64,000 nt of DNA from an uncultured Prochlorococcus sp. (GTDB lineage Bacteria > Cyanobacteriota > Cyanobacteriia > PCC-6307 > Cyanobiaceae). The position numbers and the translations under genes are program-made. Shown here one piece after another: positions 21,226 through 33,358 of the stretch. The notes below the pieces were generated by a model. That model was not told where the DNA came from, searched no databases, and saw only the letters and a list, made by a program, of their open reading frames with translations. The stretch is from contig CACNSV010000002.1 of NCBI GenBank assembly GCA_902623195.1, positions 38,036 to 102,035 of the forward strand, read 5' to 3'. Every line of letters begins with the position of its first letter. Positions within the stretch are counted from its first letter, which is position 1.

Positions 21226-22586
21226 AATTTCTTTTTTTGATTAGTTACCATATTCTCTAAAGCTCCTTTATTACTAGGTAAATGCAAATGTATCCAACTT
21301 GCATGCAGATTGTCATTTGACCATCCTTCTTTTTTATATCTTGTACCCCATGATTTAATTTTCCAGGGAGAGGAAAATAAAGGACTATAAAGTTTATCTT
21401 TTATTTGAGTTTCTATTTGCCAATAATGAAATTCGTGACCTCTTATTTGTTGATTTTTTTTAATTATTCTGGAATCTTTTTCCCCCTTTATATATCTATA
21501 TCCTACGGATAAACCTCCTTTCTTTGCTTTAAAGGGAAGTATACCTGCCATATTATGAGAGAGGCCATTCTCATCTTCGATGGAATCTCCCAATAGCATC
21601 ATTCCACCGCACTCTGCGTATATAAACTTTTTTTTATAAAACTCTCTCAAAGATTTTAAACTCCTTTTTGAGTTACTAATATGTTGAGCATATCTTTCGG
21701 GAAACCCTCCAGGAATTATTAATGAGTGAGCTTCTTTAGGAATCTCTTGATCATCATATATATTCCATGAAAGGAGGGGAATTCCAATCTCATTTAAATA
21801 TTCCTTTGTTTCTGGATATTGAAAATGAAAAATCTTATCCCCCGCAATTGCTATCGGTTTGATATTAGAAAAGGGTTTTAAATTAATAGGATTATTTATG
21901 TAATTTTTTTTTGTTATTGGTTTAAGTAGATTTATGAAGATTGAAAAATCTAAATGTTTTTCTGCAAACTCAGCGAAATATTCAACATTAATTTTTGTTT
22001 TTAATTCTAAAGGTGAAATTAAACCAAGATTACTTCTACTTAAATTAATATTTTCATCAAATGGAAGAAATCCAATAATTTTGATAGGTTGGTTTTTAAA
22101 AACTTCTTTAATTAAATCTTTATGTCTATTAGAATTAACATTATTAAAAATAATTCCTTTTATATTTATTTTATTATCAAATTCTTGAAATCCTTTTAAA
22201 AGTGCAAGTAATGAACCTACTTGACCTTTAGCATTTACAATAAAAACTATTGGAAGAGATAAAATTCTTGCAACATTTGCAGTACTCGAATAATTTGTTG
22301 AACCTAATCCATCATATAAGCCCATTGCACCCTCAATTAAGGCTAAATCAAATTTATTGGATCGTTCATAAAATGAATTTTTAACCCATTCTTCTCCACT
22401 TAAAAAAATATCTAAATTACGGCACATTGGTTGCCCAATTGAACTTAATTGTTCCTGATCAAGATAATCAGGCCCAACTTTAAATGTTTGTAATTTTAAG
22501 CCTTTTGTATAAGCCCAACATGAGATTAATAACGATAACGTTGTTTTTCCAGCATCTGTTGATGGAGCAGATATAATACAAGACAT
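21222..22586 (-). CDS. cobB: Cobyrinate a,c-diamide synthase (CbiA/CobB)
   Basis: AGKTT, FKVGPDYLD, IEGAMGLYDG and a glutaminase domain (GGFPE, YAECGG, GHEFHY). Confidence 0.93.
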   Translation of the reverse strand: MSCIISAPSTDAGKTTLSLLISCWAYTKGLKLQTFKVGPDYLDQEQLSSIGQPMCRNLDIFLSGEEWVKNSFYERSNKFDLALIEGAMGLYDGLGSTNYSSTANVARILSLPIVFIVNAKGQVGSLLALLKGFQEFDNKINIKGIIFNNVNSNRHKDLIKEVFKNQPIKIIGFLPFDENINLSRSNLGLISPLELKTKINVEYFAEFAEKHLDFSIFINLLKPITKKNYINNPINLKPFSNIKPIAIAGDKIFHFQYPETKEYLNEIGIPLLSWNIYDDQEIPKEAHSLIIPGGFPERYAQHISNSKRSLKSLREFYKKKFIYAECGGMMLLGDSIEDENGLSHNMAGILPFKAKKGGLSVGYRYIKGEKDSRIIKKNQQIRGHEFHYWQIETQIKDKLYSPLFSSPWKIKSWGTRYKKEGWSNDNLHASWIHLHLPSNKGALENMVTNQKKKF

Positions 22587-22594
22587 ATTATTTA

Positions 22595-23896
22595 TTAGTA
22601 ATTAATACTTTTATATATCAATGAGGCAGTTTTTATAGCTTCTTCAAATAAAGGGCTTGTACTACCTCTACTGCTAGCTAGTAATTTACTCACATCCGCT
22701 TCTGATGATAAAAATGAACTTGGAACAACTTCCTCAATAAGTTGCATATCAGCCATCCCGCCAGCTTCTAATCTCATACACTCTGCAGATTCTGAACCGA
22801 GAATAATGCATGTATTTTTTTGTGGATCATTGCTTATTTGGGAAATCAATCTTAAGCCAATAACTTGACCTGAGTGGATACTTGGATTGCCAACTGGTAA
22901 TGGATTGATAGCAGTTGAAACTTGTTCTCCATTATTCCTTTTAAATCTAATAATTAATGAATCATATTTATAAGATGTTTTAAGGAAAATCCAACCTAAT
23001 TTAGAGCTTATCCAAGATATTAAGAATAAAGCTTGAATAATATGATCTCCTTCAATATCTACATCAACTTGTGAAATATGATCGAGTAAAGTTCTTCGAG
23101 GTGGGGGATCAAATATCATAGCAAGTGATTCTCTCCAACTTTTAAGTCGCAACCAATTTAAATCATTAATAGATTTCTCATAAGTCAAAGCATTGCTAAG
23201 GATATCAATACATCTTTTTGATGAACCATTAGCTGTATCGATAATTAATCTTTTACCACTCTCGATGAAATAGTCAAATATTTTTGGAGAGTCATCTAAG
23301 CTACTATTCCACCAAAGCCAGGCGGGAAGATCATGTATAGCTAATTCATCGACGATATTTAACCCCCTCTTTAATATAGAATCTGCACCACCTCTAACTA
23401 CAACAAGATCTCCACAAATGGTTTGATCTTTATTTTCTTCATTCAGTGGGCAATAAGCCGATACGAAAGTTTTAATCTCAGAATTATCAGAAAATGTTGG
23501 AGCGAGAGTTATTAATCTTCTTGGATTAAGAGTACTAATTGATGCTTCAAAAAATTGCCCACGAAGATCATCTGTGCAATTATCAGTTACATCGACTTTA
23601 ATTAAGTCAAATAAATCTTGACTGTTTAGGGATGTTGACAAAGGCAATCCATTTTTTAATATTAAACTCTTAGCTGCATTTATGATCTCCTCGCTTAAGT
23701 TTCCAGTTATAGGTCCTTTTATTAAATTATTTTTAACTAATCTTTGCTCAAGCCAAGAAGGTTGCCAAACAATTAAAGAAAAAGTATTTGCACCTGCATT
23801 ATCTTCTCCTTCAGAAATCCATAGTTTATTTAAATAATTAGATATTTCTGCAGAAGGTAGTTCTAAAGGGGTTTGGAGAGTCAGTTGAGGTTTCAT
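22595..23896 (-). CDS. opcA: G6PDH assembly/activator protein OpcA
   Basis: Directly downstream of zwf; MKPQLTLQTP N-terminus, SAYCP, DLPAWLWW, DLNWLRL. Confidence 0.9.
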   Translation of the reverse strand: MKPQLTLQTPLELPSAEISNYLNKLWISEGEDNAGANTFSLIVWQPSWLEQRLVKNNLIKGPITGNLSEEIINAAKSLILKNGLPLSTSLNSQDLFDLIKVDVTDNCTDDLRGQFFEASISTLNPRRLITLAPTFSDNSEIKTFVSAYCPLNEENKDQTICGDLVVVRGGADSILKRGLNIVDELAIHDLPAWLWWNSSLDDSPKIFDYFIESGKRLIIDTANGSSKRCIDILSNALTYEKSINDLNWLRLKSWRESLAMIFDPPPRRTLLDHISQVDVDIEGDHIIQALFLISWISSKLGWIFLKTSYKYDSLIIRFKRNNGEQVSTAINPLPVGNPSIHSGQVIGLRLISQISNDPQKNTCIILGSESAECMRLEAGGMADMQLIEEVVPSSFLSSEADVSKLLASSRGSTSPLFEEAIKTASLIYKSINY

Positions 23897-23903
23897 TTTT
23901 AAT

Positions 23904-25427
23904 TTAGGGTCTACGCCAAAAGATATTATCTTTTGATAGCAATTGATCAGATTCGGAAGGGCCCCAAGTTTTTGATTCGTATTTATGAATAGGAAGTTTC
24001 CAAGGAGCGTTTTCCATTAATTCAATAAGAGGGGTATATAATTTCCAAGCCGCTTCAACTTCGTCACTTCTAGTAAATAAAGTTGGATCACCTAACATCG
24101 AATCTGCTAATAATCGTACATAACCTTCATCGGAGGGTTCCCCAAAAGATTCATCATAAGAAAATTCCATTTCAACTGGCCTTGATCTCATTCCAGAACC
24201 TGGAGATTTTACTTCAAATTTAAAAGTTGCTCCTTCATTTGGTTGAATCCTAATAACTAATTGATTTGGAGTTGGATTTATAATTGTTGACTCAAATAAA
24301 TGTACAGGTACATCTTTAAAAGTTAAAACAATTTCACCTAATCTTTTTGGTAACCTTTTGCCTGTTCTTAAATAAAATGGGACTCCTTGCCATCTCCAAT
24401 TATCTATAAAAACTTTGGTAGCGATATATGTTTCTGTTGTGCTATTAGGATAAACTCCTGGCTCTTCACGATATCCTCTTAAAGGATTAGCATCATTACC
24501 TCCCTCCTGATATTGTCCTCTTATACAACATCGCCAAGGCTCTTCTTCCTCTGCAAGTTTGGTCGCCTGGAGTACTTTGGCTTTTTCATCCCTTATCGCT
24601 TCAGGATCAAATCTACCAGGAGGCTCCATAGAAATAACCGCAAGCATTTGCGTTAAATGATTTTGAAGCATATCTCTGAGAGCTCCTGAAGTCTCATAAT
24701 AACCAGCTCTATCTTCAACTCCTACAGTCTCTGAGGATGTTATTTGAATATTTGAAATATAATTTCTATTCCAAATTGGTTCAAATATTGTATTGGCAAA
24801 TCTTAGTACAAGAATATTTTGAACAGTTTCTTTACCTAAGTAATGATCAATTCTATAAATTTGACTTTCATCAGCACAACTTTGTACGATTTTATTTAGC
24901 TTTCTAGCACTGGAATAATCTCTCCCAAAAGGTTTTTCTATTACAATCCTACTTTTTGCTGGATCCTCCAATAAACCAGCTTGTTTTAAGGCTTTGCAAC
25001 CACTCCCATAAAAATTTGGTGATACAGAGAGATAAAATGTTTTATTCCCATGAGTAGCTTGTAACTTATCAATAGTAATTAATCTTTTGGCAAGCCTCTC
25101 TAAATGTAATTCTTGTTGAAGATCAACAGGTTCATAAAATAAATATTTTAAAAACTGATTCCATTCACTTTTATTCTTAGAAATTATCTTCTCAAGTTTT
25201 ATACTCATTTTATCTTTAAACTCTTGATCATTCCATGGTCTTCTCGCACATCCAACAATTGCAAATTCACTCGGAATCCTTCTTTGGAGATAAAGCTCAA
25301 ATAAAGCTGGTATAAGTTTTCTATGAGTAAGATCTCCACTTGCTCCGAAAATTACTAGACATTGGGGAGGAATAACTCTTTCTTGACGCAATCCAAGCCT
25401 TAATGGATTACTTATTGAAGATTGCAT
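23904..25427 (-). CDS. zwf: Glucose-6-phosphate 1-dehydrogenase
   Basis: GASGDL, EKPFG, RIDHYLGKE signature. Confidence 0.98.
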   Translation of the reverse strand: MQSSISNPLRLGLRQERVIPPQCLVIFGASGDLTHRKLIPALFELYLQRRIPSEFAIVGCARRPWNDQEFKDKMSIKLEKIISKNKSEWNQFLKYLFYEPVDLQQELHLERLAKRLITIDKLQATHGNKTFYLSVSPNFYGSGCKALKQAGLLEDPAKSRIVIEKPFGRDYSSARKLNKIVQSCADESQIYRIDHYLGKETVQNILVLRFANTIFEPIWNRNYISNIQITSSETVGVEDRAGYYETSGALRDMLQNHLTQMLAVISMEPPGRFDPEAIRDEKAKVLQATKLAEEEEPWRCCIRGQYQEGGNDANPLRGYREEPGVYPNSTTETYIATKVFIDNWRWQGVPFYLRTGKRLPKRLGEIVLTFKDVPVHLFESTIINPTPNQLVIRIQPNEGATFKFEVKSPGSGMRSRPVEMEFSYDESFGEPSDEGYVRLLADSMLGDPTLFTRSDEVEAAWKLYTPLIELMENAPWKLPIHKYESKTWGPSESDQLLSKDNIFWRRP

Positions 25428-25516
25428 ATTTACTTTGATCTTATATATATAAAATCATCAATTTTTTGGGCTAATGCTATGTAATGTGTCTAAATCAAAA
25501 AGTAAAAAATATAGTA

Positions 25517-26878
<1,362 letters not shown>

Positions 26879-27029
26879 TCAAGTTGTACACAAAAATGTA
26901 TTTAATTTACATAAATGGTTACGTTTTGAGATCGTAATAAATTAATAAAATTAGTTTTTTTTAACAAATTTATTTAATTTTATGAGTATAGTTACCTAAT
27001 AATAATTTTCTTAAAAAAGAGATTTGTTA

Positions 27030-27563
27030 ATGAAGCTTTCTGAAGAATCAATAAATAAAGATCAAATTAATGATTTTAAGACAATAGAGCAAACGATGGA
27101 AAAGTTATCTGACGGGGCCAGAAGACTTGCCGCTCAATTAACTACAACTGCTTCTTTTAAGTCTCTCTGGTCAGTATTAACAGATTATGATCGTTTAAAT
27201 CTTTTTATACCTAATCTTTTATCAAGCAAGAAAATTTTTAGTAACGAAACTAATTTGCATGTAAGACAAGTTGGCTCACAAGATTTCTTAGGTCTAAAAT
27301 TTTCAGCTGAAGTATTATTGGATTTGTATGAAGAAAAAGATAATGGCTTAATAAAATTTAATTTAATAAAGGGTGATTTTAGAAAATTTGAAGGTTATTG
27401 GAAAATTCAATCAATAGCTAATTCAGGCAAAAATTCTTTAATCTATGATTTAACTGTAAAAGGATGTCAGTGGATGCCTATAGGAATGATAGAAAAAAGA
27501 TTAAAAAGAGACCTCAGTGAAAATTTAATAGCTGTTGAGAGACAAGCTAAACTAGTTAGTTAA
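27030..27563 (+). CDS. SRPBCC / polyketide cyclase-dehydrase family protein
   Basis: LWSVLTDYDRL, FIPNL, GDFRKFEGYW. The ATG at 27030 is preferred over the TTG at 27024. Confidence 0.85.
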   Translation: MKLSEESINKDQINDFKTIEQTMEKLSDGARRLAAQLTTTASFKSLWSVLTDYDRLNLFIPNLLSSKKIFSNETNLHVRQVGSQDFLGLKFSAEVLLDLYEEKDNGLIKFNLIKGDFRKFEGYWKIQSIANSGKNSLIYDLTVKGCQWMPIGMIEKRLKRDLSENLIAVERQAKLVS

Positions 27564-27573
27564 TCTTAATTTA

Positions 27574-27646
27574 TAGCCCCAAGGGGATTCGAACCCCTGT
27601 CGCCTCCGTGAAAGGGAGGTGTCCTAGGCCTCTAGACGATGGGGCC
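27574..27646 (-). tRNA. trnE: tRNA-Glu (TTC)
   Basis: Minus strand GGCCCCATCGTCTAGAGGCCTAGGACACCTCCCTTTCACGGAGGCGACAGGGGTTCGAATCCCCTTGGGGCTA folds as a cloverleaf with anticodon TTC and a GTTCGAATC T-loop. CCA is not encoded. Confidence 0.97.
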
Positions 27647-27688
27647 AAGGTCAATATAATATTACCTATTAAAAAATTAAGAGTAAAG

Positions 27689-28807
27689 CTAGCCTTTCGT
27701 CAAGTCTTGTTGAGCTTTATTTTGACCTTGCCACACAGGTACTGTGAAATGGAAACATGAACCCTTGTTAAGTTCTGATACCACCCATATTCTGCCACCA
27801 TGTACTTCAACAATTCTTCTGCAAACTGAAAGTCCAATTCCAAATCCTGATGTTCCTTCAGAAGTTTGTGGCAGCCTTACTTTATCTAAGAATATTCTTT
27901 CTTGCTCATTTTTTGGTATTCCTGGACCTTTGTCACAAATTGTGACCTCAACCCATTGATTAGTTTTATGGATCATTGTTATTTTTATTGATCCAGAGTC
28001 TTCAGAAAACTTTAATGCATTTTCAATTAAATTTAAAAAAACTTGTCTCATTCTCCTTTGATCAGCATAAACACTTGGTAGATCAGAAGGAATATCTGTA
28101 TCAATTACAATTTTTCTTAATCTCCAGAATTTTTCTAACTCGAGAATTGCTTCAGCTGAAATATTACCCAAATCTATTTTTTGAGGATTGAAAAGAGCTT
28201 CCCATCTTGTCGTCCCTACTTCTAAAAGATCTTGAGATAAAAGTTCAATTTCTTCAAGTCTTCTTTTTATTACCTCTTGTAATTTTTTTAAATTAATTTG
28301 ACCAAGTTTTTGACTTTGTACAGCTAAAGTTGCAGCTGTAAGTGGTGTTCTAAGTTCATGAGCTACCATTCTAAGTAATCTTTCCTGAGACTCGATCCTT
28401 TTTGTTAAGGTCTCATTCTCCTGGCGTAAAACAAGTAATTCATCTTCTAGAAGTATTTCTTTTTGAGTCCTAATACTATCTATTTTGGAGGCTTGAATGT
28501 TTATTCCAAGATTTTTGATTAAACCTTCTTGTTTCCATCTTGGAAGCCATGTTTTAAGTTGTGAAAAAATGTTACTACCAGCAAATATTTGTTTTGGATT
28601 CGGAGAAATTTTGATCAATGCAGGAATAGCAACTAATCTATGTAGCTCTAAAAGTTCAGGCTGTTCAGTTGGATCTGAAATTTGTAATGATATCTTAAAT
28701 TCGCAATTATCGCTCTCTAAATAATCAACTAGAGACTTTAAATCCCCTCTAGAGAGATGGCTTCTAGCTGCAACCAATATTAATTTTAGTTCTTTTTTAT
28801 CATCCAA
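27689..28807 (-). CDS. sasA: Adaptive-response sensor histidine kinase SasA
   Basis: N-terminal KaiB-like domain ([18 protein letters not shown]), H-box [11 protein letters not shown]-box [10 protein letters not shown]-boxes DKGPGI and GFGIGL. Confidence 0.92.
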   Translation of the reverse strand: MDDKKELKLILVAARSHLSRGDLKSLVDYLESDNCEFKISLQISDPTEQPELLELHRLVAIPALIKISPNPKQIFAGSNIFSQLKTWLPRWKQEGLIKNLGINIQASKIDSIRTQKEILLEDELLVLRQENETLTKRIESQERLLRMVAHELRTPLTAATLAVQSQKLGQINLKKLQEVIKRRLEEIELLSQDLLEVGTTRWEALFNPQKIDLGNISAEAILELEKFWRLRKIVIDTDIPSDLPSVYADQRRMRQVFLNLIENALKFSEDSGSIKITMIHKTNQWVEVTICDKGPGIPKNEQERIFLDKVRLPQTSEGTSGFGIGLSVCRRIVEVHGGRIWVVSELNKGSCFHFTVPVWQGQNKAQQDLTKG

Positions 28808-28912
28808 TAGTATTTAAGGAGGTGTTGAAAAGCTGTCAATGCTTATAAACACCTTAAGATATTTATACTAATTCTACAGATAAGCTATGAAATAGATAGA
28901 GCATATTTGTAA

Positions 28913-29452
28913 ATGATAGCTATTAATTCAAATAATAAATTAAAATATGGATCATTTGATTCCCCAGAGGTGACAATAAATAGCAATCTGAGACGGTGGT
29001 TCAAAAGAAATATTGGTTTATGGAATTCACAGAGAATATATTTTTTAAAAGATAAGAACAAAAATTACAATATTTGCATGAATTTAAAAATTGAAAGTCT
29101 TGAAAGCAAAAATGCATGGGAATCTCACTATAAATTTACTTGGAACCCGTCCGATAAATATTCTTTTTTTGAAGATAATCCTGAATTTAAAGAAAAAGGG
29201 GTTATGAAAGCATATCTGCAAGGTCATCAATTAATTAGAGAAAATTTTTATTTAAGTGATAAAAAAGGTATTTCAAATATAAAACAAGTTGATGAGCACG
29301 AAATGATTTTTGAATCAACTTATGATAATTGGTATATTCTTGAACATACAAGACTTCTTGATATGGATAAATTGAGATTTAGAGTAATATATTCTTGGAA
29401 TGAAAATAATTTAAAAATAGTCGAAAGTCATCATGAAACAAGGATAATGTAA
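28913..29452 (+). CDS. Hypothetical protein, possibly CpcS/CpeS-like phycobiliprotein lyase fold
   Basis: 179-aa ORF. WFKRNIGLWNSQRIY resembles the S-type lyase N-terminal FF-x-S-x-G-x-W-x-S-x-R motif, and the C-terminal Y..E...LRFR pattern also fits. Confidence 0.6.
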   Translation: MIAINSNNKLKYGSFDSPEVTINSNLRRWFKRNIGLWNSQRIYFLKDKNKNYNICMNLKIESLESKNAWESHYKFTWNPSDKYSFFEDNPEFKEKGVMKAYLQGHQLIRENFYLSDKKGISNIKQVDEHEMIFESTYDNWYILEHTRLLDMDKLRFRVIYSWNENNLKIVESHHETRIM

Positions 29453-29536
29453 TGATTGAAAAATTATAATAAAATATGAGAATTTTAAATGTTAGCTTTA
29501 TAATAAAAAAACAAATGAAAATTAGGTCTAAATTCT

Positions 29537-29971
29537 TTGAAATTATTTAAAATACTATTCTTCCCAATATTCTTATCTGGTTTAATCTTGGATGTAAATT
29601 TATTTAATCAAGAAATGCATGCAAATAAGAAACTTAAACCTGCGATGGAAGAAGATCTTTACTTATACAAAGGGATGGGAGCCTCCTATCTTTGTATAGC
29701 TTCTAAAGCTGGTATAGATTTTCCAAAAGCTATTGGAGTCGCTACAGCTACTTACGTGCAGGTTTTAGAGGGTAAACATGGTGGACAAATAAAAGAATTG
29801 GGAGACATTAAATTAGAAAGAGAAAAGCTATTCGCAGGAGCTGAATTTCAAATTGTTGAGACAGCATTAAATTATTGTCCAGATAGTATTCCCGAAGATA
29901 TAACAAAAAAAGTTAATAAAATAATAACTGAAAACCAGCCTGCAAAAAAGAATAAAAAGAAAAATAAGTAG
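29537..29971 (+). CDS. Hypothetical exported protein
   Basis: N-terminal signal or TM segment, two Cys (YLC...YCP) and a Lys-rich tail; TTG start. Confidence 0.75.
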   Translation: MKLFKILFFPIFLSGLILDVNLFNQEMHANKKLKPAMEEDLYLYKGMGASYLCIASKAGIDFPKAIGVATATYVQVLEGKHGGQIKELGDIKLEREKLFAGAEFQIVETALNYCPDSIPEDITKKVNKIITENQPAKKNKKKNK

Positions 29972-29974
29972 AAC

Positions 29975-30970
29975 CTATCTAAACATAGAACTAACAGAAC
30001 TTTCTTCGTGAATCCTCCAAATAGCTTCACCTAGCATATTAGCTACTGATAAAACTTTTAATTGTGGGAAATATTCTTTTTGGGATACTGGAATGCTGTT
30101 GGTTACAATTACTTGTTCAAATAAATTTTTGACACTAAGTCTCTCATGAGAAGGAGGTGAAAAAACTGCATGAGAAGCACATGCAAAAACTTTTTCTGCC
30201 CCCTCTTTAATTAACAAATTAGCACCAGAACATATAGTTCCTCCTGTATCAATCATGTCATCTATTAGAATCGCTGTTTTCCCTTTTACTTCACCAATTA
30301 CAGTTAAACTTTCAGAAATATTATGAGCGGATCTCCTTTTATCAATAATTGCTAAAGGGGCATCTTTCATAAGTTTTGCGAAAGCTCTAGCTCTGGCAAC
30401 TCCTCCAACATCAGGAGAAACTACAACTACTTCTCTTAGATTTAAAGACTCTAAATAATCAATTAAAACTGGTGAACCATAAATGTGATCACACGGTATA
30501 TCAAAGTAACCTTGTATCTGAGCAGAATGTAAGTCCATTGCTAAAACCCTATCAACTCCTGATTTCTCTAATAAATTAGCGGTTAATTTTGCTGTGATAG
30601 ATTCTCTCCCTGAGGTCTTTCTATCTGCTCTTGCATATCCAAAATAAGGTATTACTGCTGTTATTTGCCTCGCTGAGGCTCTTTTGCAGGCATCAACCAT
30701 TATCATTAGTTCCATCAAACTATCATTTACTGGAGCACATGTTGGTTGTATGAGGAATACATCACAGCCTCTTATAGATTGTTGAATTTGAACATAAAGT
30801 TCACCATCAGCAAATCTTTTTGAAATTAGAGGCACATTTTTAATACCTAAATAAGTTGCAATTTCATTTGCTAAGTTAGGATTAGAGGTCCCACTAACTA
30901 GTCTAAGTCGACTATTATTTAAATTAAAGTTTGGCTGATCGCTTTGCACTGCCGTGATAAAACTTGTCAC
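29975..30970 (-). CDS. prs: Ribose-phosphate pyrophosphokinase
   Basis: FADGE, PYFGYARADRK, DLHSAQIQGYFD, VSPDVGG, DDMIDTGGT; GTG start. Confidence 0.97.
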   Translation of the reverse strand: MTSFITAVQSDQPNFNLNNSRLRLVSGTSNPNLANEIATYLGIKNVPLISKRFADGELYVQIQQSIRGCDVFLIQPTCAPVNDSLMELMIMVDACKRASARQITAVIPYFGYARADRKTSGRESITAKLTANLLEKSGVDRVLAMDLHSAQIQGYFDIPCDHIYGSPVLIDYLESLNLREVVVVSPDVGGVARARAFAKLMKDAPLAIIDKRRSAHNISESLTVIGEVKGKTAILIDDMIDTGGTICSGANLLIKEGAEKVFACASHAVFSPPSHERLSVKNLFEQVIVTNSIPVSQKEYFPQLKVLSVANMLGEAIWRIHEESSVSSMFR

Positions 30971-31223
30971 GAAATTTGCAATTTAAAGTACACATTAGTA
31001 TGGTAGTCTTTATTGCGAGATTGTCACAAGTTATTTATTACTTAGGTTAAAAACTTCACAACTATATAAAAATTCTTTATTTTTTCAAAATTTTTGAAAT
31101 TTAGTAAAACTTTTTATAAAGTTGATCATAAAGTTTGTTTACTTAAACTATTTTAGATATTTTAAAAAAAGGGGTATTTAAAAATAAATTTAGTGTTTTT
31201 TAAACTATTAAATAAACATAAGT

Positions 31224-32741
31224 ATGTTTTTAAATTTTGATCCATTAAAAAAATACTCTGGAATTCTTGTTCATCCAACAAGTCTTCCTGGAGGAAGTTA
31301 TTGCGGAACTTTTGGCAATTCTGTAAAAGATTGGATTGAAATCTTATCGATTTATAAAATTAATACTTGGCAATTTTTACCTCTTTCCCCCACTGATTCA
31401 ATGGGGTCTCCCTATAGTTCCCCATCAAGTTTTGCTCTTAATCCCTGGTTCTTAGATGTTGATGAATTAATAAAGAGTAATTATATTAAAGAGTCGCATA
31501 AAGCTAAAAATTTTCAATTAGATGCTGAAAATTTAAATATTTTTGAATTTAAGGTTGCTGATGAATTATCAAAAATTATTGGAAATCTTTTGTTTGATTC
31601 ATGGGAATTACAATCTTTTGATAAAAAAAATCAATTTTACACGTGGTGTGAAAATAATACTTGGGTTAATGAATTTTCTGTGTTTATGACTCTTAAAGAG
31701 GAATTCGATTTTTCTGCATGGTGGAATTGGCCAGAAGAATTTAAATATAAAAATAAGTTAGCAATTGAAAAATGGGAAAAAAACAATTCAAAACCTATCC
31801 TAAAAAGTAAATTAATTCAATGGCATTTAAATAGGCAATGGTTAAAATTAAAAAAATTTGCAGAAAAAAAGAGAGTAAGGTTGATTGGTGATTTACCCTT
31901 TTATGTCTCTAAAGATAGTGTGGATGTTTGGAGTAATAAGTCTTTATTTTCGATATCGCCAAATGGAGAATTGTATTTTCAGAGTGGAGTCCCTCCTGAT
32001 TACTTTTCTTCAACTGGGCAACTTTGGGGCACACCAGTATATTCATGGGATAAACATAAGGAAACAGATTTTGAATGGTGGAAGAAAAGGTTCAAAAGAC
32101 AGTTTGAATTAGTAGATATTTTAAGATTAGATCACTTTCGTGCATTAGCAGGCTATTGGAGGATAGAGGGAAAAGCTAAAGATGCAATAAAGGGGAATTG
32201 GATTAATTCTCCAGGTAAAGAGTTACTAACTTCTTTACAGAATTCTTTAAATGTTGAAAATTTACCGATCATTGCAGAAGATTTAGGAATAATAAATCAA
32301 GATGTTATCGATTTAAGGAGACAATTTGGATTGCCTGGAATGAAAATATTGCAATTTGCATTTGATGGAAATGAAGATAATCCTTATTTACCCAAAAATA
32401 TTCATGGAAATAATTGGGTGGTTTATACAGGGACTCATGATAACTCTACAACTGTGTCTTGGTGGAATGACTTAGACAAAGAAATAAAAGAAAACATTCA
32501 AAAAGAATTCTCATTTGGGAATGATCCGTCTTGGGAATTGATAAAATTAGGAATGAAAACTAGGGCTAATTTATTTATTGCACCAATTCAAGATATTTTA
32601 TGCTTGGATGACTCCAGTAGAATAAATAAACCTGGGACTACAAAAAATAATTGGAAATGGAAAATTAATACATCACTTTCAGAGATTAAACCATTCATGA
32701 AAAAGTATAGTGAACTTGGTGCAAAATACGAAAGATTATGA
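31224..32741 (+). CDS. malQ: 4-alpha-glucanotransferase (amylomaltase, GH77)
   Basis: HPTSLPG, SPYSS, GVPPDYFS, RLDHF, IAEDLG, YTGTHDN. Confidence 0.95.
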   Translation: MFLNFDPLKKYSGILVHPTSLPGGSYCGTFGNSVKDWIEILSIYKINTWQFLPLSPTDSMGSPYSSPSSFALNPWFLDVDELIKSNYIKESHKAKNFQLDAENLNIFEFKVADELSKIIGNLLFDSWELQSFDKKNQFYTWCENNTWVNEFSVFMTLKEEFDFSAWWNWPEEFKYKNKLAIEKWEKNNSKPILKSKLIQWHLNRQWLKLKKFAEKKRVRLIGDLPFYVSKDSVDVWSNKSLFSISPNGELYFQSGVPPDYFSSTGQLWGTPVYSWDKHKETDFEWWKKRFKRQFELVDILRLDHFRALAGYWRIEGKAKDAIKGNWINSPGKELLTSLQNSLNVENLPIIAEDLGIINQDVIDLRRQFGLPGMKILQFAFDGNEDNPYLPKNIHGNNWVVYTGTHDNSTTVSWWNDLDKEIKENIQKEFSFGNDPSWELIKLGMKTRANLFIAPIQDILCLDDSSRINKPGTTKNNWKWKINTSLSEIKPFMKKYSELGAKYERL

Positions 32742-32750
32742 TTTTAATAT

Positions 32751-33230
32751 TTAACTACTTTTCCTCTCTATATATTTAAATTCAATTACTCTATTATTTA
32801 AAAAATAACTATTAAGCACAAATATTGAAATTATTATCAGAAATAGATAGATAAAACTACCTTGCCAAGAATTGAAAAGATCAATTTTAGTAAATGTAAA
32901 ATTTCTTTTTATTCTTTTATTAGTTGGAATATATTCCTTTTTAATTAATTTAATAAGTTTTAATTTCTCTAGAGATAGACATTCTTCTAATTTTAAAAGT
33001 ATTGACCTTGTAAAAGGATATGGTGGTATTAATTCTTTTACATTATTCTCTATTCCTAAAATTGTCGATATAGGTATTTTTGAGATGAATGATAAATCTT
33101 CAATAGATAAATTTTTTTTAACTCTACTTTCCTTGATGATAGTCCCAATATTTATATAAGGGTCCACAGATTTATCTTTATTATTTTTTCTCTTCAATGT
33201 TTTAAATTTTATAAAATTAGAAATTTTCAC
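32751..33230 (-). CDS. XRE-type HTH membrane protein, RodZ-like and lacking the periplasmic domain
   Basis: IGTIIKESRVKKNLSIEDLS...ILGIEN HTH followed by a single C-terminal TM segment; GTG start. Confidence 0.75.
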   Translation of the reverse strand: MKISNFIKFKTLKRKNNKDKSVDPYINIGTIIKESRVKKNLSIEDLSFISKIPISTILGIENNVKELIPPYPFTRSILLKLEECLSLEKLKLIKLIKKEYIPTNKRIKRNFTFTKIDLFNSWQGSFIYLFLIIISIFVLNSYFLNNRVIEFKYIERKSS

Positions 33231-33358
33231 TTAATATCCTCAAAATTAAGAGTTTTTATTAATTCATTTATAAATCACTTAATAAGAGATTCTTTTTTCT
33301 ATTATTTTAATTAGTAATGTTAATAATACGAAATTAATTATATAAACTAAACATTTAG

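Noticed and set aside
26895-26940. Possible NtcA site upstream of petH (TGTA-TTTAATT-TACA) and a second inverted repeat TTACG-N9-CGTAA
   Set aside because: The spacing is GTA-N7-TAC rather than the N8 NtcA consensus, and short palindromes are expected by chance in such AT-rich DNA.
27564-27690. tRNA-Glu as an island or prophage integration site
   Set aside because: Core genes flank it closely on both sides, and I see no integrase or duplicated tRNA 3' end.
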